Shown piece by piece: positions 1 to 9,684 of a stretch of DNA of 64,000 bases. The notes beneath the pieces are model-generated. The model had not been told where the DNA came from, searched no databases, and worked only from the letters and a program-made list of their open reading frames with translations. The stretch covers positions 1,952,001 through 2,016,000 of the forward strand of contig JASGJH010000001.1 in NCBI GenBank assembly GCA_047601445.1, written 5' to 3'. The stretch is from Myxococcales bacterium (lineage in GTDB: Bacteria > Myxococcota_A > Polyangia > Polyangiales > DASUME01). Positions within the stretch are counted from its first letter, which is position 1. Every line of letters begins with the position of its first letter. The translations under genes were made by a program, and so were the position numbers.

Positions 1-1383
<1,383 letters not shown>

Positions 1384-1453
1384 CGGTTGGGTGTAGCAGG
1401 CGCCTGCGAGCGTGCGCGAGCAGGCGGGCCCCGAGGGCGACTAGAACTCGGCG

Positions 1454-1978
1454 CTAAAAGTCAGTCAATGCGCGCCGGCGGGCGCGGTCGATGAGTGGCT
1501 GCATGGCGCGCTGAGCATCGTGGGTATCGAGCACCGTCACCTCGTCGAGGTGTTGGGCGTAGGGCTCGCTCTCGTCCAGGAACCACTCGAGGGCACGCGC
1601 GGGATCGAGCTTGGGCACTGCGCGTCCCGGCAACACCAGGGCGGCCGTGCGCACGCGCAGACCATCCAGGCGCACGAACAAATCACGCACGAAACGCCGG
1701 AAGCTCGCCTCGGCGAGCCCCGCTTGCGGGCCCGCACCGAGCCACAAGAGTCGCTCGGCCATCAGCCGCGGGCGCGCCGGCATCAGCACCGCCTCGCCGA
1801 GCTCACCGCTCATGCGCCCAAGCACCAACAGCTCCGAGATGCGCCCGCACAGACGCCAATCGATGAGCCCGGGCGCACCGCGCAGCGGACGCTCGTCGGA
1901 GAAGAAAGGAAGGCACAGCGCTTCGGTCTTGAGCTGGTCGAGGCTCGGCAAGTCATGCAGCGCGAAGTGCACGTCCAT
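1454..1978 (-). CDS. Stand-alone M17 leucyl-aminopeptidase N-terminal-like domain protein
   Basis: MDVHFALHDL...PFFSDERPLRGAPGLIDWRLCGRIS...ERLLWLGAG; starts 9 nt after the nusB stop; no catalytic M17 domain. Confidence 0.65.
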   Translation of the reverse strand: MDVHFALHDLPSLDQLKTEALCLPFFSDERPLRGAPGLIDWRLCGRISELLVLGRMSGELGEAVLMPARPRLMAERLLWLGAGPQAGLAEASFRRFVRDLFVRLDGLRVRTAALVLPGRAVPKLDPARALEWFLDESEPYAQHLDEVTVLDTHDAQRAMQPLIDRARRRALTDF

Positions 1979-1986
1979 GGCCGGCC

Positions 1987-2397
1987 TTACTCTTTGCCGA
2001 CTTCGCTCGCGATGCGATCGAGCACGCCATTGACGAAGCCCGGGCTGCCCTCGCTGCCGTAGCGCTTGGCGAGCTCCACGGCCTCGTTGAGCGTGACCTT
2101 GCGCGGCACGTCCGGCATGTACATCAGCTCGTAGGCCGAGAGCCTGAGGATGTTGCGGTCCACGCGCGGCATACGCTCGAGTCGCCAGTGCTCGCTCACC
2201 TTGCGGATCATCTCGTCGATGGCCTCGGCGTGACCGCCGTAGCCCTCGACGATGGTGCGCGCGAACTCGCGGCCTTCGATGCTGGACGCCAGATGCTCCC
2301 AGTGCAGGCGTTCGGCCCGCTCCACGGTGTCCCCCGCGAGATCCACGCAATACAAAATTTGCAGGGCGGCCTCGCGGGCCCTTCTACGCACACCCAT
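1987..2397 (-). CDS. nusB: Transcription antitermination factor NusB
   Basis: RRRAREAALQILY, WRLERMPRVDRNILR, NEAVELAKRYGS, FVNGVLD; directly downstream of ribH. Confidence 0.97.
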   Translation of the reverse strand: MGVRRRAREAALQILYCVDLAGDTVERAERLHWEHLASSIEGREFARTIVEGYGGHAEAIDEMIRKVSEHWRLERMPRVDRNILRLSAYELMYMPDVPRKVTLNEAVELAKRYGSEGSPGFVNGVLDRIASEVGKE

Positions 2398-2496
2398 GAC
2401 AAAGAGCTCCGTCGGAAGCGCGCACGCTGGCGCGCAAGCAATCACACCCATGCACCTTCGAGCTGCGCTCTCAGGCCGACTCGGTTCCCAGGAACC

Positions 2497-2994
2497 TTAC
2501 AACCCCTGCGCGCTCAGCGCCCGACCCAGGTTGATCATTTCCAGTGCGGCCAGGGCCGCGTCGAACCCCTTGTTGCCCGCCTTGGTGCCGGCGCGCTCGA
2601 TGGCCTGCTCGATGCTATCCGTGGTAATCACGCCGAAAATCACCGGCACGCCGGTTTCCGCCATGGCGCTCGCGCAACCGCTGCTCACGCCCGAGCACAC
2701 GTAGTCGAAGTGCGGCGTCGAGCCGCGGATCACGGCGCCCAGCGCAATCACCGCGGCGAACTGGCCGGTCTTTGCCAAGCGCTGCGTAATCAACGGCAGC
2801 TCGAAGGCGCCCGGTGTGCGGGCAAGCGTGATGGCCCCCTGGGGCAAGCCGTGGCGGGTCAGGCCGTCGATGGCCCCCTCGATGAGCTTGTCGACGATGA
2901 AGTCGTTGAAGCGCGCGGCCACGATGGCGACGCGCACGTCGGCCGGAGCCAAAAATCCACCTTCGATGCGGCGCACGGCCTGGGTGTCACTCAT
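2497..2994 (-). CDS. ribH: 6,7-dimethyl-8-ribityllumazine synthase
   Basis: [43 protein letters not shown]. Confidence 0.97.
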   Translation of the reverse strand: MSDTQAVRRIEGGFLAPADVRVAIVAARFNDFIVDKLIEGAIDGLTRHGLPQGAITLARTPGAFELPLITQRLAKTGQFAAVIALGAVIRGSTPHFDYVCSGVSSGCASAMAETGVPVIFGVITTDSIEQAIERAGTKAGNKGFDAALAALEMINLGRALSAQGL

Positions 2995-3003
2995 GGGGCC
3001 GAC

Positions 3004-3032
3004 AGTGTAGGAGCGAACTCCTCTTTGTCGAC
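3004..3032 (-). promoter_or_regulatory. Putative sigma70-type promoter for ribH-nusB
   Basis: TCGACA-16-TACACT on the minus strand; the -10 box ends 9 nt before the ATG; no SD sequence. Confidence 0.45.
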
Positions 3033-3263
3033 CGCCAGGTTGCGCGAGCCGGCGTATTCGCTCGGGAATCGCCTTCTCAGAAGGGTCCGCCGGCGCGCTG
3101 CGCACGGTCGCTCAAGTGAGCCATCCCACGTGGGTCGGAGGCGCGGCCCGCGCCCAAGTACGCGCGGACGGCGAGGGTTGGTCCGGGTGTCGGGGTGAGC
3201 GGCTGGATCACTGCCCTTCCTGTTTGGGTCGCGCTTTCTGGGCGTGCTAACAGCCATCCCCGC

Positions 3264-3803
3264 ATGTCGTTGGGTCGGGGAGCGCTGCTGTTCGTGTTGC
3301 CGGTGTCGGTCGCACCGACCTTGGAAGCTCAGGCGGCACCGGTCGCCCAGGCTGCTCCAACGGAAGGCTCTGCGTCGCTCGGCGCGACCTTGAACGCGGC
3401 CGTCCAAGCCTACGAGCGCGGTGACTACGAAGTCGCGCTCGAGCTATTCGAACGCCTGCATGCTGCGAGTCCCACGGCACGCACGCTGCGGAGCCTCGCG
3501 TTGGTTGCCTATCAACAGCGGCGTTGGCTCACCGCCATCGAGCTGTTCGAGCAAAGCCTGATGTCGGCGGAGAAGCCTCTCACAGACGCGATGCGCAGCG
3601 ATGTGCTCGGCCTCCTCGCGGACGCCCGAACGCAGGTCGCCAGTGAGGCCCCTCCGCTAGAGTGCACCGCGGCCGCCCGCAGCTGGTATCTCTTCACCCC
3701 TGCGACTGGACCTGGGCTCCGCCCTTGCTCTCGCCTGCCGTTGGCGCCGCAGGAGGCAGGAGGGAATCACGGGACGACTTGGGTCCCTGGATCTCCTCGC
3801 TGA
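3264..3803 (+). CDS. Secreted TPR-repeat protein (3' end uncertain, possibly truncated)
   Basis: Signal-peptide-like N-terminus, then TPR-like helices AVQAYERGDYEVALELFERL / LRSLALVAYQQRRWLTAIELFEQSL. The last ~110 nt overlap the convergent alpha-E gene. Confidence 0.55.
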   Translation: MSLGRGALLFVLPVSVAPTLEAQAAPVAQAAPTEGSASLGATLNAAVQAYERGDYEVALELFERLHAASPTARTLRSLALVAYQQRRWLTAIELFEQSLMSAEKPLTDAMRSDVLGLLADARTQVASEAPPLECTAAARSWYLFTPATGPGLRPCSRLPLAPQEAGGNHGTTWVPGSPR

Positions 3804-4722
3804 CGTAGGAACACACGAGCGCGGTCTGATCGACCACGTGTGTGAGCACGCGATGGATGCCGGCCAGCTCGAACGGCCCCTCGGCCTCGGCCTCGAGCCA
3901 CTTGATCAAATCCGCCAGGCACTTGGTGGAGGCCCGTGCCGGTGATGGATCGGGCCAAACACAGTTCAAGATGGAGAGCGACGAGCGCAGGCAGTAGTTG
4001 AGCGAGCGTGGAAACGCCGGCGAGAGAAGCAGGAACTCCACCATGTTGTGGGCGGTGACGCGACCCTGGTTCTTCTTCATGAAGGCCTCGGAGCCCGAGC
4101 AGGCCCGAAGCAACGACATCCAGAGCGCGGTCTGCACGATGTCGTGTTGGGCGGCCTCGCGCTCCATGGTGTGGTGGTGCATGTCGAGGATGCGCGCGGT
4201 TTGTCCGACGCGCTCGATCATCGCCCCGAACCACAGGAAGCGCATGGCGTCTTCGTGCAGCATGGTGCTGCGGACCAGGCCCAAGATGAGCTGGGTGCCG
4301 CGGCGGATGTGCTTGTAGAACTCCTCGCGGTGGTCCCAGTAGAGCTGCGTGGTGCTCTCTCGGCCGAGCCACAGGTAGAGTTCGTTGATCTCTTCCCAGG
4401 TGTCGAGCGAGAGCTGGTCGCGCAGGGAGCGGGCGCACTCGCGAGCAGCGCGCACCGAGCTCGAGATGCTCACCAGGTTGTCGCGGTTCCAGGTCATGTA
4501 CTCCTGGACCAACTCGCCGTTGCCCAGGGACTCCCGGTCGTAGCGCTCGACGAAGCCCTTCTCTTCGCCCGAGACGATCACCAGCGGCGGCCAGCAGTGC
4601 GTGACCGGAATGTCGGCGTCGAACACCAGTGAGCGCGTCGCATTCAAGAGACGAGTCGAACTCTCTGCGCGCTCAAGATATCGACCGAACCAGAAGCAAT
4701 AGTCTGCGACGCGTGAAATCAC
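3694..4722 (-). CDS. Alpha-E domain protein (DUF403)
   Basis: (M)ISRVADYCFWFGRYLERAE, second ER motif GAMIERVG, FPRSL; GTG start overlaps the upstream stop (GTGA). Confidence 0.92.
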   Translation of the reverse strand: MISRVADYCFWFGRYLERAESSTRLLNATRSLVFDADIPVTHCWPPLVIVSGEEKGFVERYDRESLGNGELVQEYMTWNRDNLVSISSSVRAARECARSLRDQLSLDTWEEINELYLWLGRESTTQLYWDHREEFYKHIRRGTQLILGLVRSTMLHEDAMRFLWFGAMIERVGQTARILDMHHHTMEREAAQHDIVQTALWMSLLRACSGSEAFMKKNQGRVTAHNMVEFLLLSPAFPRSLNYCLRSSLSILNCVWPDPSPARASTKCLADLIKWLEAEAEGPFELAGIHRVLTHVVDQTALVCSYVSEEIQGPKSSRDSLLPPAAPTAGESKGGAQVQSQG

Positions 4723-6218
4723 GTGCCGTTCTCCCGCTCCACCCAAGTGTCCTTGGAACCGCCGCCTTGGCTCGAGTTAACCACGTAGGAACCTTCTACC
4801 AGGGCCACGCGCGTGAGACCACCGGGCAGCACCCAGGAGCCATCCGGCCGCGTGAGAATGAAGGGCCTCAAGTCCACCCGCCGCGGCGCCAACTTGTCCT
4901 GGCCCGGGATCCAGGTGGGACAAGTGGAGAGCTCGATGCGGTGCTGAGCGATGTACTTGCGGGGCTCGGCCACGATGCGCTCGCGGAACTCCTCACGCTG
5001 CGCGGCCGTGGATTGCGGACCCATCAGCATGCCGTAGCCGCCGGCCTCGTCGACCGCCTTCACCACCAGCTGATCGAGGTGTTCGAGCACGTACTTCTTG
5101 TCCTGCTCCTTGGCGCACACGAAGGTGTCGACCTGGGCCAGCGAGCACTCCTCACCGAGGTAGTAGCGGATCATGTCGGGGACGAAGGGATAGACGGCCT
5201 TGTCGTCCGCGATGCCATTGCCCGGCGCATTGGCCAGCGTGACGCGTCCCGTGGCGTAGGCGCGCATCAGCCCGGGGACCCCGAGCATGCTGTCCGGCCG
5301 GAAGAACTCCGGATCCAGGTAAGCGTCGTCGATGCGGCGATAGATCACGTGCACGCGCTGGGGCCCGTGAATGGTGCGCACGTAGACCGTGTCGTTCTCC
5401 ACGAACAGGTCCGAGGGTTCCACCAGGGGAATGCCCATGTGACGCGCCAGGAAGGAGTGCTCGAAGTAAGCCGAGTTGTAGATGCCCGGGGTGAGCACCA
5501 CCATGCTCAGCTCGTCTTCCTCGGTGTCCCTGGGCGCGATGGCACGCAGGGTTTGGGCGAGCTCCATGGGGTATTGCTCGACCTGCCGGACGTTGGTCAT
5601 CTCGACCGAGTCGCGGAACACGCGCTTGGTGACCAGGCGGTTCTCCACCACGTAGGACACCCCCGAGGGCGTCCGCACGTTGTCCTCGAGCACGCGGAAC
5701 ACTCCGTCGGGGCTGCGGATGAGATCGATGCCGGCGATGGGGATGCGCACGCCGCCCGCGGGCCTGATGCCGCGCAGCTTGGACTCGTATTGCTTGGCGG
5801 CCAGCACGAGGTCCGCCGGGATGACGCCCTGCTTGAGGATCTTCTGCTCCCCGTACATGTCGTCGAGGAAGTGATTCAAGGCGGCGATGCGCTGGGCGAG
5901 GCCGGCTTCCACCTTGGCCCACTCGGCCGCGCCGATGACGCGCGGGGCAAGGCAGATGGGGAAGATTTTCTCCGTCCCCTGCTTGTCCGAGTAGACCGAA
6001 AACGTTACGCCTTGGTTGAACAGGGAGAGTTCCGCAAGGGATTGATAGCGACCGAACTCGCGCGCCGAGAGCGCATTCAGCATGGCGTGAACACGCCGTG
6101 TGTGCCCTCTAGGTAAACCGTCCGCAGCGACCGTTTCGTCGTAGGTCCCTGCGAGGGGCGAGTAGCTGTCGAACAAACCGGACTTCGCGTTCGGGACGAC
6201 TTGCAGCACGTTGTTCAT
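4719..6218 (-). CDS. Circularly permuted type 2 ATP-grasp protein (DUF404/DUF407)
   Basis: VLEDNVRTPSGVSY, LTPGIYNSAYFEH, YRRIDDAYLDP, ANAPGNGIADDK, VDLRPF, PGGLTRVAL, NSSQGGGSKDTWV. Confidence 0.95.
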   Translation of the reverse strand: MNNVLQVVPNAKSGLFDSYSPLAGTYDETVAADGLPRGHTRRVHAMLNALSAREFGRYQSLAELSLFNQGVTFSVYSDKQGTEKIFPICLAPRVIGAAEWAKVEAGLAQRIAALNHFLDDMYGEQKILKQGVIPADLVLAAKQYESKLRGIRPAGGVRIPIAGIDLIRSPDGVFRVLEDNVRTPSGVSYVVENRLVTKRVFRDSVEMTNVRQVEQYPMELAQTLRAIAPRDTEEDELSMVVLTPGIYNSAYFEHSFLARHMGIPLVEPSDLFVENDTVYVRTIHGPQRVHVIYRRIDDAYLDPEFFRPDSMLGVPGLMRAYATGRVTLANAPGNGIADDKAVYPFVPDMIRYYLGEECSLAQVDTFVCAKEQDKKYVLEHLDQLVVKAVDEAGGYGMLMGPQSTAAQREEFRERIVAEPRKYIAQHRIELSTCPTWIPGQDKLAPRRVDLRPFILTRPDGSWVLPGGLTRVALVEGSYVVNSSQGGGSKDTWVERENGT

Positions 6219-6328
6219 GTAAGCGTTCCAGGGACGATGTGACAGCCGAAAATTGCTGGGTTACGCGCTTTTGACTCCGAGGAAACCGCTCGGACACGCC
6301 GCAACCCTATCAGGTGAGGTAGGACTAT

Positions 6329-9300
6329 ATGGGGATACGCGTCTCGCTCCACCACGTTACTCATTACAAGTACGACCGGCCGGTCCAGTTCGCGCCACAC
6401 GTGGTGCGTCTCAGACCCGCCCCCCACTCGCGAACGCCTATCACGGCGTACTCGTTGAAGGTGACCCCAAGCGACCACTTTCTCAACTGGCAACAGGACC
6501 CCTTCGGGAATTGGCAGGCACGCCTGGTGTTCCCAAAGCTGGCCAAAGAGCTGAAAGTTGAAGTGGACCTGGTGGCCGACCTGACCACCATCAATCCCTT
6601 CGATTTTTTCCTCGAGGAGTACGCAGAGAAAGTCCCGTTCGCTTACGAGCCCACCCTGCTCCAGGAGCTGGCGCCGTACCTCGAGGCGATGCCCACCGGG
6701 GCCCGGGTGGCCCAGCTCGTGGGCCGGGTGCGAGACGACGTCATGCGGCCCGAGCGGCGCAGCATCGACGTCCTGGTCGAGATCAACCAGCTCATCCAGC
6801 GCTCGCTTCGCTACGACATCCGCATGGAGCCGGGCGTGTTCGCGCCCGACGAGACCCTGGAACGCGGGCACGGCTCCTGTCGTGATTTTGCCTGGCTGTT
6901 GGTGAACGTCCTGCGCCAGGTGGGCTTCGCGGCCCGTTTCGTGTCGGGGTACTCCATCCAGCTGAAGGCCGATCAGAAGCCCGTGGAGGGGCCCGAGGGC
7001 GTCCTGCAGGACGTCACGGATCTGCACGCCTGGGTCGAGGCGTACCTGCCGGGCGCCGGCTGGATCGGCCTCGACGCCACCAGCGGCTTGCTGTGCGGCG
7101 AAGGCCACATCCCCCTGGCCGCCACCCCCTCCCCGAGCTCAGCCGCCCCGATCACGGGGTCGTTCGGCTGGCACAAGACGGCCGAAGAAGACGAGGTCGA
7201 CGAGCAATTCGCGTACAGCATGGAAGTGCGGCGCATCGAGGATCGACCGCGCCCCACCAAGCCGTACTCGGACGCCCAGTGGGAGGCCCTGATCGCCTGT
7301 GGCGATCACGTGGAGCGCGCACTGGCCGCTGGTGACGTGCGCCTGACGATGGGCGGTGAGCCCACCTTCGTGGCCATGGACGACCCCGAGGGCGACGAGT
7401 GGAACACCGCGGCGCTCGGGCCCACCAAGCACAAGTACGCCGACAAGCTCCTGCGCAAGCTGCACAAGCGCTTCGCGCCGGGCGGGCTTCTGCACCATGG
7501 CCAGGGCAAGTGGTACCCGGGCGAGCCCCTACCCCGCTGGGCCTACTCCTGTTACTTCCGCAAGGACGGCGAGCCCGTGTGGCGCGACGTCTCGCTGATC
7601 GCCGAGGAGAGCACGGGTCATCAGCACACCACCAAGGAGGCCGAGGCCTTCGTGCGCGCGCTGACGCGACGCCTGGGCATCAACGAGAAGTTCATCATCC
7701 CGGGCTTCGAGGACGTCTATTACTACATGTGGAAGGAGCGGAAGCTCCCGGTGAACGTGGACCCCTTCGACTCCAAGCTCGAGAGTCCCGAGGAGCGCGC
7801 GCGACTGCGCCGCATCTTCGAGCAGGGCCTGAAGTCCACGGTGGGCTTCGTGCTGCCGCTCTCCGCCACCTGGGAGCGCGACCAGCTGCGCTGGGTGAGT
7901 GGTCCTTGGTTCCTGCGCGACGAGCGCATGTACTTGATCCCCGGCGACTCGCCGATGGGATACCGCTTGCCCCTCGACTCGCTGCCCTGGACGGCGCCCG
8001 AAGATCGCAACGGCTTCTTCCCGCGTGATCCGTTTGCCCCGCGTCCACAGCTGCCCACGCGCAAGCAACTCGGGGAGCCGACGCCCGGCATGGTGGGCGC
8101 GGGTCGCGGACACGAGCTCAAGCGCGCGCCCGGACCCGGCGAGTCCGCAGGCGGGGACCTCACGCGAACCGCGGTGTGCGTGGAGTCCCGCGAGGGCATC
8201 GTGCACGTGTTCATGCCGCCGGTGGCGCTACTCGAGGAGTATCTCGATCTGGTGGCGACCCTCGAGGAGACCGCTGCCGAGCTGCAACAGCCCATCCAGC
8301 TCGAGGGCTATCATCCGCCGAGCGATCACCGCCTGGAGCGCCTGCAGGTCACGCCCGACCCGGGTGTCATCGAGGTGAACATTCAGCCGATGCGCTCGTG
8401 GCGTGAGACCGTGGCCAACACCGCGGGCCTCTACGAAGACGCCAAGCAGTGCCGCCTGATGACCGACAAGTTCATGGTCGACGGGCGCCATACGGGCACG
8501 GGCGGCGGCAATCACATCACGCTGGGCGGGCCGACCCCTGCCGACAGTCCGTTCCTGCGTCGACCGGATCTGCTGCGCAGCTTCACGAGCTACTGGCTGA
8601 ATCACCCCTCGCTCTCGTACTTGTTCTCGGGCTTGTTCGTGGGACCCACGAGCCAGGCGCCGCGCATGGACGAAGCGCGCATGGACAGCATCTACGAGCT
8701 GGATATCGCCTACGGCGCGTTGCCCACGCAAAACGGAGCGCCGCCGCCGTGGTTGGTCGACCGCGTGTTCCGCCACTTGCTGGTGGACGTGACGGGCAAC
8801 ACCCATCGCACCGAGATCTGCATCGACAAGCTGTACAGCCCGGACGCATCGAGCGGACGCCAGGGCCTGGTGGAACTGCGTGCCTTCGAAATGCCGCCCG
8901 ATTGGCGCATGAGCTGTGCGGCGCAGCTGATGGTGCGCACGTTGATGGCGTGGTTCTGGCGTGAGCCCTATGAGCGCCCGCCGGTGCGTTGGAACACGAC
9001 GCTCGTCGATCGCTTCATGCTGCCGCACTTCGTGCAGCAGGACATGAAGGACGTCTCCGCGGACCTGCAGCGCGCAGGCTTCCCGGTAGACGCATCCTGG
9101 TACAACCCGCAGTACGAGTTCCGCTTCCCGTTCCTGGGCCGCGTGGCCAGCGACGGCGTGGAGCTGGAGCTGCGTCAGGCTATCGAGCCGTGGCACGTGT
9201 TGGGTGAACAGCCCGGCGGCGGCGGCACCGTGCGCTACGTGGATTCGTCCGTGGAGCGCGTCCAAGTGCTGGTACGCAACATGACCGAGTCACGCCATGT

Positions 9301-9670
9301 GGTGGCCTGCAATGGGCGACGCGTTCCGCTTCACCCGACCGGGACCGCCGGGGAGTACGTGGCCGGTGTCCGGTATCGCGCCTGGAAGCCCCCTACGGCG
9401 CTGCACCCCACCATCGACGTGCACGCACCGCTCACTTTCGACGTGCTCGACAGCTGGTCGGATCGCTCCTTGGGAGGTTGTACCTACCATGTGGCACATC
9501 CGGGTGGGCGTGCTCACGAGAACTTCCCGCGAAACGCTCTTGAGGCCGAAAGTCGGCGGGTAGCCCGCTTTTTCCCGTTTGGCCATAGCCAGGGCAGCTG
9601 CCCGATGCCGGCCCAGGAGCGCAGCCTCGAATTGCCGCTCACGCTCGACCTTCGGCGCCCGGATCCCTAA
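6329..9670 (+). CDS. Transglutaminase + DUF2126 putative amidoligase fusion
   Basis: Bacterial transglutaminase N-domain with intact triad GSCRDF / DLHAW / GLDAT; C-terminal MGGEPTF, DPGVIEVN, GTGGGNH, NTHRTEICIDKLY, VELRAFEMPP. Confidence 0.93.
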   Translation: MGIRVSLHHVTHYKYDRPVQFAPHVVRLRPAPHSRTPITAYSLKVTPSDHFLNWQQDPFGNWQARLVFPKLAKELKVEVDLVADLTTINPFDFFLEEYAEKVPFAYEPTLLQELAPYLEAMPTGARVAQLVGRVRDDVMRPERRSIDVLVEINQLIQRSLRYDIRMEPGVFAPDETLERGHGSCRDFAWLLVNVLRQVGFAARFVSGYSIQLKADQKPVEGPEGVLQDVTDLHAWVEAYLPGAGWIGLDATSGLLCGEGHIPLAATPSPSSAAPITGSFGWHKTAEEDEVDEQFAYSMEVRRIEDRPRPTKPYSDAQWEALIACGDHVERALAAGDVRLTMGGEPTFVAMDDPEGDEWNTAALGPTKHKYADKLLRKLHKRFAPGGLLHHGQGKWYPGEPLPRWAYSCYFRKDGEPVWRDVSLIAEESTGHQHTTKEAEAFVRALTRRLGINEKFIIPGFEDVYYYMWKERKLPVNVDPFDSKLESPEERARLRRIFEQGLKSTVGFVLPLSATWERDQLRWVSGPWFLRDERMYLIPGDSPMGYRLPLDSLPWTAPEDRNGFFPRDPFAPRPQLPTRKQLGEPTPGMVGAGRGHELKRAPGPGESAGGDLTRTAVCVESREGIVHVFMPPVALLEEYLDLVATLEETAAELQQPIQLEGYHPPSDHRLERLQVTPDPGVIEVNIQPMRSWRETVANTAGLYEDAKQCRLMTDKFMVDGRHTGTGGGNHITLGGPTPADSPFLRRPDLLRSFTSYWLNHPSLSYLFSGLFVGPTSQAPRMDEARMDSIYELDIAYGALPTQNGAPPPWLVDRVFRHLLVDVTGNTHRTEICIDKLYSPDASSGRQGLVELRAFEMPPDWRMSCAAQLMVRTLMAWFWREPYERPPVRWNTTLVDRFMLPHFVQQDMKDVSADLQRAGFPVDASWYNPQYEFRFPFLGRVASDGVELELRQAIEPWHVLGEQPGGGGTVRYVDSSVERVQVLVRNMTESRHVVACNGRRVPLHPTGTAGEYVAGVRYRAWKPPTALHPTIDVHAPLTFDVLDSWSDRSLGGCTYHVAHPGGRAHENFPRNALEAESRRVARFFPFGHSQGSCPMPAQERSLELPLTLDLRRPDP

Positions 9671-9684
9671 CATAGCGTTCGGCC

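Noticed and set aside
2995..3263. Possible FMN riboswitch or ncRNA upstream of ribH
   Set aside because: I could not find the conserved RFN segments; a covariance-model search would be needed to exclude other RNAs.
6266..6278. 13-mer CGCTTTTGACTCC also present at ~30326
   Set aside because: There are only two copies and both contain a TTGACT -35-like hexamer; this is not enough to call a regulon or repeat family.
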